Virus record (IMG/VR): IMGVR_UViG_3300032242_003291
Coordinates: 62,001-126,000 of that record
Reading direction: 5' to 3' (one strand)
Length of the DNA stretch: 64,000 nt
Every line of letters starts with the position of its first letter. Positions within the stretch are counted from its first letter, which is position 1. Shown piece by piece: positions 29,565 to 39,265 of this stretch. A program made the position numbers and the translations under genes. The notes below the pieces were generated by a model. That model was not told where the DNA came from. It did no database searches and was given only the letters and a program-made list of their open reading frames with translations.

Positions 29565-30371
29565 ATGGAAAATAAATTATCATTATCAGTTATATTACCA
29601 ATTAAATCATCCAAAGCGAGAAACTTTGATGAATATTTTCAAAAAGCAATAGATTCTTTGAAAAACCAAAAAGTTGAATTTGAAGAATTGGTAATTGTTC
29701 ATACTTTAGAAGAATCATTAATATCATTATTAGAAACATATGATTTTGGTAACTTAACTGTTACAAAAGTTTTATGGGATAAAGAACCAAATTACTGCTC
29801 ACAAGTTAATTTTGGAATTGAAAAGGCAAGAGGTCAGTGGGTTTCCTTGTTTGAATTTGATGATGAATACTCATCAATATGGTTCAAAAATGTTAAAACA
29901 TATATTAATTCATATCCAGAAACACAAATGTTTTTACCTGTAGTTGTTGAGACGGATGAAAAAGGTATGTTTGCTGGTTTTACAAACGAAGCAACATTTG
30001 CAGCTAATTTTACTCAAGAAATGGGTACATTAACAAATGAAACATTACACGACTATCAAAATTTTCAAACTGCTGGTAGTGTAATTAAAAAACAAGTGAT
30101 TGAAGATTTCGGTGGATTCAAACCATCAGTAAAACTGACATTTGTATACGAATTCTTATTAAGACTTACATATAATTCAGTTTCAGTAATGACAATACCA
30201 AAACTTGGATACAAACATACTAATCTAAGAGAAGGTTCAATCTTTTGGAATTATAAGAACGGTGACGTAAAAATGTTAGAAGATGAAGTAAAATTTTGGA
30301 TTCAAACCGCAAAAAAGGAATATTTTTTCACCGACGATAGAGTCATAAAATATCAATCAGAAAATGTATAA
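29565..30371 (+). CDS. GT2-like (GT-A) glycosyltransferase
   Basis: LSVILPI, NFGIEKA, SLFEFDDEY, YEFLLRL, GYKHTN. Confidence 0.7.
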   Translation: MENKLSLSVILPIKSSKARNFDEYFQKAIDSLKNQKVEFEELVIVHTLEESLISLLETYDFGNLTVTKVLWDKEPNYCSQVNFGIEKARGQWVSLFEFDDEYSSIWFKNVKTYINSYPETQMFLPVVVETDEKGMFAGFTNEATFAANFTQEMGTLTNETLHDYQNFQTAGSVIKKQVIEDFGGFKPSVKLTFVYEFLLRLTYNSVSVMTIPKLGYKHTNLREGSIFWNYKNGDVKMLEDEVKFWIQTAKKEYFFTDDRVIKYQSENV

Positions 30372-31153
30372 TGACAGAAACAATCTCTGCATCAACAGAG
30401 GATGTTTTATCTGAAACATTCTCTGCAACGACGGAAGATGTTTTATCAAAAAAAAGAGGTAGGAAGGCAGTTAAAGAAAATTATTTTGACATTCGAGAAG
30501 AAACTGCGGTTAGAAATTTTTTAGTCGCGGAAACTTATGAAGAAAAAAATAAAATATATAATCAATATCTTCGTGCACCTTTAGATAAGATGATTTCATC
30601 AATTATTAGACGATATAAATTATATCGTAAGGATATGGAATTTAATGAAATCCATACGGATACTCATTCATTCTTAATGACAAAGGTTGATAAGTTCAAA
30701 CCAGATAAAAATAAAAAAGCTTATTCATATTTTGGTACTATTTGTAAAAATTACTTAATGGGTCAAATTATCAAAGACCAAAAAGAAACAAATAGAAAAA
30801 TTTCATACGAAGATATTTCATCAAGTATTGAAGAAAGACCTGATTTGGTCTATCGAATAGATGATGATATTGTAGAAACTGATGTAATTATTGTTCAATA
30901 TCTAAAAGAATTACGTGAGTTCATCGAAACAGAAAACTTAAACGAAAATGAAAAGAAACTAGGATATGCTTTAATTGATTTGTTTGATAACTATGAAACT
31001 ATTTTTTCTGGTGCTGATAATAACAAATTTAACAAAAATGTTATTTTACTTTCTTTGAGAGAAATGACAAATTTAAGTACAAAAGAAATTAGAAGTTCCA
31101 TTAAAAGATTCAAAAAACTTTATTTAATTATTCAATTTAAGATGAAAAACTAA
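30371..31153 (+). CDS. T4 gp55-like late-transcription sigma factor
   Basis: KENYF, LDKMISSIIRRY, KFKPDKNKKAYSYFGTICKNYL (region-2-like); 260 aa; no recognisable host-type region 4. Confidence 0.65.
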   Translation: MTETISASTEDVLSETFSATTEDVLSKKRGRKAVKENYFDIREETAVRNFLVAETYEEKNKIYNQYLRAPLDKMISSIIRRYKLYRKDMEFNEIHTDTHSFLMTKVDKFKPDKNKKAYSYFGTICKNYLMGQIIKDQKETNRKISYEDISSSIEERPDLVYRIDDDIVETDVIIVQYLKELREFIETENLNENEKKLGYALIDLFDNYETIFSGADNNKFNKNVILLSLREMTNLSTKEIRSSIKRFKKLYLIIQFKMKN

Positions 31154-31171
31154 ATAAAAGTATTTATAGAT

Positions 31172-31537
31172 ATGCCAAGACCATTACGAAAAGAAATTAA
31201 TTTTACAAAAGATTCAATTTTGTCTCTATTACAAGAGATTTACAATGAACTTGTTGAACAAAGACAAACTGCAATTAGAATTCAAAATAAAATGTTGTCT
31301 ATGTTAAAAGACCCTACCGACATGGTAACTATCGGTCCTGTTATTGAAAAACAACAAAAAATTGTAAATGATTGTGTCGAGAAAAAAATTAGTCTTTCTA
31401 AATTACAATCAAGTATTTGGGAGAAATCAAATGCAAATACGGAATCATTTTCTCTTGCAGATTTGGATGATGACTTAATTCAAAATCTCATAGAGAAAGA
31501 TGTTTCTAATGATGAAGAAACATATAAAATGAAGTAA
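31172..31537 (+). CDS. Hypothetical phage protein (coiled coil)
   Basis: 121 aa; TATTTAT-N4-ATG. Confidence 0.65.
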   Translation: MPRPLRKEINFTKDSILSLLQEIYNELVEQRQTAIRIQNKMLSMLKDPTDMVTIGPVIEKQQKIVNDCVEKKISLSKLQSSIWEKSNANTESFSLADLDDDLIQNLIEKDVSNDEETYKMK

Positions 31538-31545
31538 ACTACATT

Positions 31546-33630
31546 ATGCCTTCACCAGATTTAAATTCCTTATCACAGAATATTTCAAGTAAGATAAATT
31601 CTGCTAAAACTGCAGTAGAGGCACTTAAGAATCAAAAAGACCTACAGAGCTCGGCTGCAAACTCGGCAACACAAGGATTAAATTTAATCACGTCTCAATT
31701 GGATTCTGTAAAAAATTTACAAAAAAGATACCAAAGAGACCCTCCTAATTCTACTGACCAATTATTAAATTTTTTAGGACAAACAAGAGGTACGGGACAA
31801 AATACGTTAAAATATCTAAGAAAAAAAATACTAGAAACGTCGACAACAATACAACCCAAAGTTGTTAATATATTCAAAGAACAAACAATGAAAGCTCTCG
31901 GGTGTTCTCAAGAGCAAACTTATAAAGGAGTAAGTGCTAACAGTTTATCGTTACAACCATTACCTCTAAGACCACAACAAGAAGGTATCTATATACCAGT
32001 TCAATCAGTTGACTTTTTTTCGAATCTAAAAAATTCAACTACTTCACCCGTTGGTCAAGTTTATTATGAACTACCAGAACCTTCGTCTGATACAAAATTT
32101 ATTCCTTACGGTGGAGATGTTCCGTTCCCAATGAATAAACAACTTAATCAGTTAATGGATTCTTCGAATGCAAATAGGTCTTATTCACAAATAAATGGAA
32201 AAAATTATCAGGGAAAATCAGGACAAAACCTTTTTGACATACAATATACAAGCACAAATAATTTTGGTGTGACAGGAGATTACTATAGGGTAATCTTGAT
32301 TGATAGGAGTGGTTCAGGTACAACAACGGTTAACAAAGTTGGTGAATTTATAAGTGATTACTATAGTACAATTAATTTTGTAGACCCTGTAAATGTGGGA
32401 GCTCAACTAGTAAATATTTTGTCGGGTGCAATGAGTATTAAAGCCAAACTTGGTTCGGGGGAAATACAAAATCAATCTGAATTTTTTCTTATCGCCCAAA
32501 GAATTTTAGGTTTATGTTTTGATGATAGGAGAGAAATTGATGTTAGTGGTATTTCTAAAGTTGCTGAGCTGGATGGAGTTGACCAATCATTTTACAAGTT
32601 AAACGAAATTGATTTAAGAAATATTGAACTTAATTTAACTAATGTTCAGAATGGTGTAATGGAATTTGAAGATTGTCAGAATGTAAAATTACCAGTAAAT
32701 GCGGACAATTTAGTTAGTCAATTAATTGATTTTAGAAATACTACAGGACAAACAACTCAACAACAAGTTAATAATTTAGAAACTATTTTAGATTCCATTT
32801 CTCAAAACCCAGATTGGAAATTGAAGCTTCCTAGTGATTTTAATGCTAATTTATCTATTGACCAAAATGTTATCAAGAAAATTCCTTTAGCTGTAGCCGC
32901 TGGAGTTCTAACGCCAAAAAATTTATTACCAGTATTCACTTTAATGTCGATTGTACAATCAGGTGCAACGTTTACTTACAATCAAGCCGTAACAAGTGCA
33001 AATACATTTATTACATCGGCTAATACCGCAAACCAAGATATAAGTGCTGCAGGAGCTAACATTATAAAAAACGGTACTGACTTTTTGAAAAAATGGGAGA
33101 AGTTTTCAATTCAGGTTATTAGTCAAATAAATGCTGAATTTCTGAATGTATTATTTGAATTATTAAAAAAAGATATAATTAATTTGATTGCCGCAATTAT
33201 ACTGGATATTGAAAAAGGAAAAATAACAAAAAGATATCAAATTATTTTAAGACTTGCAGGATTGTTGATTGCTGTAGGACAATTAATCAAAGATTATAGA
33301 CAATGTAAGTCACTATTAGATGATATTTTAGCAATACTTCTTTCATTAAACGGTTTAGCAACTGACACTGGAATTCCAATTAGTTTACTTGCATTAACTA
33401 AGATATTACCAGGTTTTTCACCTGAAAGAGCATTCATCAACGTTATTGAAGAACTTCAAGCAATAGGTATACCAACAGGTACGCTCCCTGACGGTTCACC
33501 AAACTTAATGTTGTTATATAATTTAGCAACTCATAAAGGTTCAGATAAAGAAAAGTCAGAAAACGGAAAACTTCAAGCTTTTGGTGTTAGTGCTTCAGGC
33601 TATGTTGAAGTTTTTGGAAAAGATACTTAA
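31546..33630 (+). CDS. Large hypothetical protein, probably virion/baseplate-associated
   Basis: 694-aa ORF directly upstream of the gp5-like gene; helical C-terminal third. Confidence 0.6.
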   Translation: MPSPDLNSLSQNISSKINSAKTAVEALKNQKDLQSSAANSATQGLNLITSQLDSVKNLQKRYQRDPPNSTDQLLNFLGQTRGTGQNTLKYLRKKILETSTTIQPKVVNIFKEQTMKALGCSQEQTYKGVSANSLSLQPLPLRPQQEGIYIPVQSVDFFSNLKNSTTSPVGQVYYELPEPSSDTKFIPYGGDVPFPMNKQLNQLMDSSNANRSYSQINGKNYQGKSGQNLFDIQYTSTNNFGVTGDYYRVILIDRSGSGTTTVNKVGEFISDYYSTINFVDPVNVGAQLVNILSGAMSIKAKLGSGEIQNQSEFFLIAQRILGLCFDDRREIDVSGISKVAELDGVDQSFYKLNEIDLRNIELNLTNVQNGVMEFEDCQNVKLPVNADNLVSQLIDFRNTTGQTTQQQVNNLETILDSISQNPDWKLKLPSDFNANLSIDQNVIKKIPLAVAAGVLTPKNLLPVFTLMSIVQSGATFTYNQAVTSANTFITSANTANQDISAAGANIIKNGTDFLKKWEKFSIQVISQINAEFLNVLFELLKKDIINLIAAIILDIEKGKITKRYQIILRLAGLLIAVGQLIKDYRQCKSLLDDILAILLSLNGLATDTGIPISLLALTKILPGFSPERAFINVIEELQAIGIPTGTLPDGSPNLMLLYNLATHKGSDKEKSENGKLQAFGVSASGYVEVFGKDT

Positions 33631-33631
33631 T

Positions 33632-33841
33632 ATGAAAAAAGAAGATTTAGAAAAAATTGTAATTGAACAGACAAATTTGAAAAATTTACCTAACACCGAA
33701 TTAGTAAATTTTATGGATTTGTTATCTGAAGACTTTGAATTGACCAAAGATAATATAATCAAAAGTACTCTTTATTTAGATAAGATAGAAGAGCTATACA
33801 ATAACGTATTAAAAGTATACCAAGATAGAAATGGAAGATAA
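33632..33841 (+). CDS. Small hypothetical protein
   Basis: Start reassigned to MKKEDLE (33632). Confidence 0.6.
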   Translation: MKKEDLEKIVIEQTNLKNLPNTELVNFMDLLSEDFELTKDNIIKSTLYLDKIEELYNNVLKVYQDRNGR

Positions 33842-35360
33842 TTCAATATTTTTTCAGTGTAAGGTTTTAGATAATCAGGACCCGATGATGTTGGGTAGAA
33901 TTCGTGCTGTAAGATTAATAGATAATGTTGACGATATTCTTAAAAGTGTATCCGACCCTCCATGGAATCAAGAGAAAGATATATGGACATCAAGAGACCC
34001 TTTAGTTTTTAACCCACTGTTACCTTACTTTGTATACTCAACACCAAAAGACGAGGAGTTAGTCCAAGCCATGTATTTGAATAAAGATTTCAGATATCAA
34101 AACCAATACTATATCCAAAATAGTACGTTTTCGTCTCCGACATCAACTTATCAAGAATATTGGTTTGGTGGAAATAAATTCACAGGTAATGGTACACAAA
34201 TCAAAAATCCAAAACCATTAAAAAACCAAGATGGAACATTTACGGACCAAGCGGTTCATGCTGGTGTATTCCCACAACCTGGAGACAATGCTTTATTAGG
34301 TCGTGGTAGTGCAGATTTAATTGTAAAACAAGATGAAGTTTTATTAAGAGCTGGTAAATTCAAAGGTGAATTATTACAACCAAATGTTGTTCCTGTTGCA
34401 AACCAACAAAGAGCCTTCCTACAATTATCTAAATTTCAAACGACCAAACAAAAATTACCAGATAAAACATATTATGAATTAAAAGAAAACGTTGTTTTAG
34501 TAAAATATCTAATTGAATGGGTTATAACAAACCCTGAAAACACTAAAAATATTTTTATTGGTTCTGTTTATTTGTATCAATTGAAAGCTGACGCAAGTAC
34601 AAATTCAAAAAATTTAACTGTAGATAGTGTTGTTGCTGAAAACTTGAAAACTTTAATTATTGAACATAATTTGAAAGGGACGTTACTTGAAATAGTAAAT
34701 CAAATTAATGGATTTATAAAAACTTGTAATACATCAAATTTCTTTAATGGAATTAAAATATTCCCCGATAATAATAATGATACAAAGTTTCCTATTTTTT
34801 ACAGAGCATCAAATGCAATGTATTCAAAAATAAATCCAAGCTCACCTTCGGGTAATACATCGTCTGTTGAAATTAATAATATCACTGCAATCAATAAATC
34901 AGTAAAATTAAATCCGAGTATCCAAGGTAATGGTGGATTAATTTATACAAAAGGTCAAGTTGGTACACCGACAAATCCTGTAAAAGTTGTTGTTCCTCAA
35001 ACTCAGTTTATTCCTCAACAAGCAACTTATGGTGCGTTTGGTGGTGATAAATTATTCTTGTTGTCACATAATTCTGCAATACCAGGGAAAGGAAAAATTA
35101 ATTTTGACAATACTTTATATGGTATTTCACCTGAACAATTTGGTGATGAGATAGTTCCAAAAACTTCAAGTATGGTTAGAGGTGAAGAACTAATGAGTTT
35201 GATTAATTTAATTGTCAGATTCTTAGTCACACATACACACGCATATCCTGGACTTCCACCAGTACCTGTTACTCAAGACGGAAGTCAAGCGCAAGATATA
35301 CTTTCAGAATTACAAAATGCCGTTAATACAATACTTAACGGAAATATCAGACTTAATTGA
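33831..35360 (+). CDS. Baseplate hub/spike protein, gp5/VgrG-like
   Basis: N-terminal OB-fold motif CKVLDNQDPMMLGRIRA; GDNALLGRGSADL; C-terminal VRGEEL...THTH metal-site-like motif. Confidence 0.62.
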   Translation: MEDNSIFFQCKVLDNQDPMMLGRIRAVRLIDNVDDILKSVSDPPWNQEKDIWTSRDPLVFNPLLPYFVYSTPKDEELVQAMYLNKDFRYQNQYYIQNSTFSSPTSTYQEYWFGGNKFTGNGTQIKNPKPLKNQDGTFTDQAVHAGVFPQPGDNALLGRGSADLIVKQDEVLLRAGKFKGELLQPNVVPVANQQRAFLQLSKFQTTKQKLPDKTYYELKENVVLVKYLIEWVITNPENTKNIFIGSVYLYQLKADASTNSKNLTVDSVVAENLKTLIIEHNLKGTLLEIVNQINGFIKTCNTSNFFNGIKIFPDNNNDTKFPIFYRASNAMYSKINPSSPSGNTSSVEINNITAINKSVKLNPSIQGNGGLIYTKGQVGTPTNPVKVVVPQTQFIPQQATYGAFGGDKLFLLSHNSAIPGKGKINFDNTLYGISPEQFGDEIVPKTSSMVRGEELMSLINLIVRFLVTHTHAYPGLPPVPVTQDGSQAQDILSELQNAVNTILNGNIRLN

Positions 35361-35379
35361 TATTTATTGAAAAACATTA

Positions 35380-36882
35380 ATGTCAATTTTAAGGTCATAC
35401 ATAGATAAGAATAATACGATTATTTCTAATTCATATACAAATACGGCTCGTAACCCTATTATTGAATTGAATTTTGGTGCTTCGGATTATATCATTCCTA
35501 ACTACGGATACACAAGGTTTATATTTGAATTAAACCTTTCATTACTTAGAGAAAATATTCAATCAGGTGTCATCACAACAGGTTGTACTGATAATATGAC
35601 TCACGTTTTGAAGATGACAAATACATCTTCATTTGACAATGAATTACTTAATTCTTTCATGTCCAATGAAAGAAGAAGAGCAACTTCATTTGATTTAATT
35701 TTATTCAGAATACCACAAACATCAGGAGATACTGGAAACCCACAATATTGGGATGAAGGTGTTGGATACGATTACAACGATTTTAACATTACCAAAAATA
35801 GTGCCCAAGGTGGTTCAACCCCACTTACATATGTAGATAGTAGAGCATTCTCTAATAGACCATCCAACTGGTATCAAACAACAACAATTAATAAATGGTC
35901 TCAACCTGGTATCTACAATAACAAAAACGAAGGATTGGTTAATTTTTCAGGTCTTACAATCATAGCAAGACAACATTTCCAACTTGGAAATGAAGACCTT
36001 AATATGGATATGACAAACGAGATTAATGGAATCTTAGATGGAACTATCACAGGAGTTACAGGCTGGGGAGTTGCTTATTTACCTGAAATTGAAAACATTA
36101 CAGGTTTAACTGACAGTTATAGTGTTGCATTCTTTTCAAAATATACACAAACATTTTATCAACCGTACCTTTTAACAAACTATAATGACTTAATTCAAGA
36201 CGATAGAAACATTTTCTTAAAAAGTCAGGAAAATAAATTGTTTCTGTACGTTTATCAAAATGGTGATTTAGTTAATTTAGATTCAGACCCATTTGTTAGA
36301 ATAGAAGATAGAACAGGTCTTGAGGTTTCGGGAATGGCAAGTTTGAGTACTTGTCCAAGAACAAAAGGTGTTTATGAAGTAGTAGTACCAAATGGTTTCC
36401 AAAATAGTCCAACTCCTTGCGTATTTTATGACGTATGGTCAGGATTAACAATTAACGGACAACCTCTTCCAAATGTCAGAAACCAATTTACACTACAACA
36501 ATATACCGCAGGAATTCAAATAGGTTCTGTATCTAAAGAACCACAAAAGTTTGGTTTTGATTTTTATGGTATATTACAAAACGAGCAAATTTTGGCTTCG
36601 GATATACGAAAGGTTGGGGTTACAATTAAAAAAGCCTATACAGGTCAACAAGTATTACAAAATGTTTCAGCATTTTATAGAGTTTATGTAAAAGAAGGAA
36701 CAACTGAAGTTCAAGTTCAAGATTGGACACCAATCAATAGAACACCAAATGAATACTATTTTATATTTGATATGAGAGACAAAATACCAAATCAATATTA
36801 TGTCGACATTCAAGTGAATACTTCAGGAGAGAAAGATACTTATAAGAAACAATTAACATTTAACATAGTGAACGTAAAATGA
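35380..36882 (+). CDS. Putative virion structural protein
   Basis: 500 aa, beta-rich; SFDL...WDEGVGYDY motif; TATTTAT 12 nt upstream. Confidence 0.6.
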   Translation: MSILRSYIDKNNTIISNSYTNTARNPIIELNFGASDYIIPNYGYTRFIFELNLSLLRENIQSGVITTGCTDNMTHVLKMTNTSSFDNELLNSFMSNERRRATSFDLILFRIPQTSGDTGNPQYWDEGVGYDYNDFNITKNSAQGGSTPLTYVDSRAFSNRPSNWYQTTTINKWSQPGIYNNKNEGLVNFSGLTIIARQHFQLGNEDLNMDMTNEINGILDGTITGVTGWGVAYLPEIENITGLTDSYSVAFFSKYTQTFYQPYLLTNYNDLIQDDRNIFLKSQENKLFLYVYQNGDLVNLDSDPFVRIEDRTGLEVSGMASLSTCPRTKGVYEVVVPNGFQNSPTPCVFYDVWSGLTINGQPLPNVRNQFTLQQYTAGIQIGSVSKEPQKFGFDFYGILQNEQILASDIRKVGVTIKKAYTGQQVLQNVSAFYRVYVKEGTTEVQVQDWTPINRTPNEYYFIFDMRDKIPNQYYVDIQVNTSGEKDTYKKQLTFNIVNVK

Positions 36883-37346
36883 GTAAAGTAGTAAAAATAA
36901 CAGAATCTGATTTATCAAGATTGGTAAAAAAAGTTCTTAAAGAACATGGTGAACAAACAAATTATATGTTCTTCAGTAATTTACAACAAATTAAAAGACA
37001 GTGTGAACTTTTAATGGAATTAGATAAACAAATGGTTGATGAAATATTAAATAACGGACATGATTGGGCTGATGACCATATTAGTGAAGCTAAAACAAAT
37101 ATTGACCAGGTTTTTGATTTTTTAATGAATGAAACTAAAAAACAAGATTCCTATGTTGATTATGAAGATATTCATGAAGGTAAGAAAAAAGCTGGTACAA
37201 AACTTTGTGCAAGAGGATTAGCAGCAGCAAAAGGAAAATTTAAAGTTCACCCCTCCGCTTATAGTAATGGGTACGGAGTCCAAGTATGTAAAGGTAAGAT
37301 GCCAGGTTTAGACGGTAAGAAACATTGTTCAGGAGCATATTGTTAA
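36879..37346 (+). CDS. Hypothetical protein with basic Cys-containing C-terminal module
   Basis: KITESDL.RLVK.VLKE N-terminus; LCARG...HPSAYSNG...CKG. Confidence 0.6.
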   Translation: MSKVVKITESDLSRLVKKVLKEHGEQTNYMFFSNLQQIKRQCELLMELDKQMVDEILNNGHDWADDHISEAKTNIDQVFDFLMNETKKQDSYVDYEDIHEGKKKAGTKLCARGLAAAKGKFKVHPSAYSNGYGVQVCKGKMPGLDGKKHCSGAYC

Positions 37347-37414
37347 AGTTTTTAAAAGGTTAAAATATTTTAACCTTTTTTTGTAATTTAATGTTTAGCC
37401 ATATATTTATTGAT

Positions 37415-37900
37415 ATGGATACTAAATTATGTACTATTTGTAGTCAAACAAAAACAATAGATAAATTTTATAAATCACAAAGGGGAAAGAAATGTATTTC
37501 TTGTGTTTTGGAAAAAGCCAGAAAATATAAAAAAAATAAACGTTCTAATATTGATGTTAGAAAAATTGAGGGTCAAAAACAAAAAGAAAGACGAGTTAGG
37601 TTATGGCAAAATACATTAATTAATGACTCAAAGAAAAGAGGTAAAGAACATACCTTAACTGTTAATGATATTAATGAAATGTATGAAAATCAAAACGGTT
37701 TATGTTATTGGTTTAAGATACCATTAATTCCATCTAACAATTCAAAAGACCCACAACAACCTTCGTTGGATAGATTGGACAGAAATAAAGGATATACGAA
37801 AGACAACGTAGTTTTAACTTGTTATTCGGCAAATATTGGTAGAAATGAAAATAATTTGGAAACTTGGAAAAATTTCTTAAATTTGCTATTCAAACATTAA
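37415..37900 (+). CDS. HNH-like (His-Me finger) free-standing endonuclease
   Basis: CTIC...CISC Zn motif; CYWF; PSLDRLDRNKGYTKDNVVLTC..AN..RN. Start 37415 follows TATTTAT-N4. Confidence 0.72.
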   Translation: MDTKLCTICSQTKTIDKFYKSQRGKKCISCVLEKARKYKKNKRSNIDVRKIEGQKQKERRVRLWQNTLINDSKKRGKEHTLTVNDINEMYENQNGLCYWFKIPLIPSNNSKDPQQPSLDRLDRNKGYTKDNVVLTCYSANIGRNENNLETWKNFLNLLFKH

Positions 37901-37901
37901 T

Positions 37902-38309
37902 ATGGAAAACAAAGTTGTAGGGTATATACCCCGTTTATTATTTAGAATTTATTTGAGTCTAAAAGAAAAATTTGACCCAACCCCACCTATTCCCGAAGAA
38001 GAAAGAATTACCGTAGAAATATGTAAAAAGTTAATTAATGACCCTGAGTCAAAATTAACTTACGCACCAATCTCAAACAAAAGATTTATCAAAAACGAAG
38101 AAAAAAGTATGTTTATCGTCATTGAACAACATACAATTAATCTTATTAATCACGTATATAGTTACTCGGTTTATTTGTCCAACTCAAATGATTACAACGA
38201 AATAATTACTAGCTTTGATAAAGTATTAGAATTTGAAAGACAATCCTTAGAAGATGAGATTAGAAGTAATATACAGCATTCTTTAACTACTATATTAGAA
38301 AAACTTTAA
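37902..38309 (+). CDS. Hypothetical phage protein
   Basis: 135-aa ORF. Confidence 0.6.
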   Translation: MENKVVGYIPRLLFRIYLSLKEKFDPTPPIPEEERITVEICKKLINDPESKLTYAPISNKRFIKNEEKSMFIVIEQHTINLINHVYSYSVYLSNSNDYNEIITSFDKVLEFERQSLEDEIRSNIQHSLTTILEKL

Positions 38310-38986
38310 TTAAAATTTTCTCTGATGACTCTCCTGATTATATCAGTTAGTTGTTCATTTTTTGGTTTGTAAGTAACCATTTTGGGCTTATTTCCTGTAC
38401 CTGACTTAGAATGAGTTTTTTCAGCCTTTCTTTTTTGTTGACACGCTGATTTTTTTTGGGATACAGACATTTTAGATGCAATGCCAGCGGCCCTACATTT
38501 AGGGTACCCCTTATCTTCGGCGTGTGACCTACCACAGGGAGGATGTTTTCCGTTTACCTTTCTACATATATTAACCCATGGACCTGCAGGTTGTTTACTG
38601 CCTTTGGGTTTTTTCTTTGTTCCGAACCAAACACCTAAATCTTCTCTAAACAATTCTTCTTTAATATTACTTGGTAATTGAACCTCATCTTGTCCAATAT
38701 CCCCACCATCATCATCGTTTTGATTTGTATAGAATTTTTTTAAATAATCATCAATTTCTGCAACTTTATCTGTTCTTGACTCAATACGTGCTCTTTCCTC
38801 AGGACTTTCTTTATAATCATCATCAGCTTCTTCATATGCCAGCTCAGCATTTTTATATTTATAAACTGGTTCAGTAAAAGGTCCTAATTGGTCATCCTTC
38901 CAAAGTTGTGGTGCCAGAACAATAGGAACTTTGAATTTTCCTGAACTTGATGCACCTGTGGCTTCATTTATTCGTCTTTTATTCAT
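38306..38986 (-). CDS. Hypothetical protein with basic Cys-rich module
   Basis: EDLGVWF...PWVNIC...PPCGR...YPKC...KMS...RK..EK; TATTTAT 8 nt upstream. Confidence 0.62.
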   Translation of the reverse strand: MNKRRINEATGASSSGKFKVPIVLAPQLWKDDQLGPFTEPVYKYKNAELAYEEADDDYKESPEERARIESRTDKVAEIDDYLKKFYTNQNDDDGGDIGQDEVQLPSNIKEELFREDLGVWFGTKKKPKGSKQPAGPWVNICRKVNGKHPPCGRSHAEDKGYPKCRAAGIASKMSVSQKKSACQQKRKAEKTHSKSGTGNKPKMVTYKPKNEQLTDIIRRVIRENFN

Positions 38987-39008
38987 ATATTACTATAAAT
39001 ATACTACT

Positions 39009-39236
39009 ATGGAAAAAGAAAAAACCCCAATTAAGTTATTGTTTGGAAACATTGCAATTTATAAAACTGAAGACGTAGATTCTTTAATTGATAATATGAA
39101 TTTTGAACAGTCTTTTTTTTATATTATGCAAGCCCTTCAATATGGACACAACTCAAATCTTTTTAGCTTACAAGAAAGTGAATTAATATCAAAAGCTTTA
39201 CGAATCTTAAATAAAGGAATTAAATCTGAAGAATAA
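39009..39236 (+). CDS. Small hypothetical protein
   Basis: Start reassigned to MEKEKTP (39009). Confidence 0.55.
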   Translation: MEKEKTPIKLLFGNIAIYKTEDVDSLIDNMNFEQSFFYIMQALQYGHNSNLFSLQESELISKALRILNKGIKSEE

Positions 39237-39263
39237 AAAAAGGACCTCACGGGGTCCTTTTTT
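39235..39263. terminator. Bidirectional intrinsic terminator
   Basis: AAAAAAAGGACC-TCACGG-GGTCCTTTTTT between convergent genes. Confidence 0.8.
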
Positions 39264-39265
39264 AT

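Noticed and set aside
14511-30371. Island is a host capsule/LPS locus, i.e. the window is bacterial chromosome or a prophage boundary
   Set aside because: There are no wzx/wzy/ABC export genes. It is interleaved with phage-type dut, phoH and gp55-like genes, composition is uniform, and no integrase or att site is seen.
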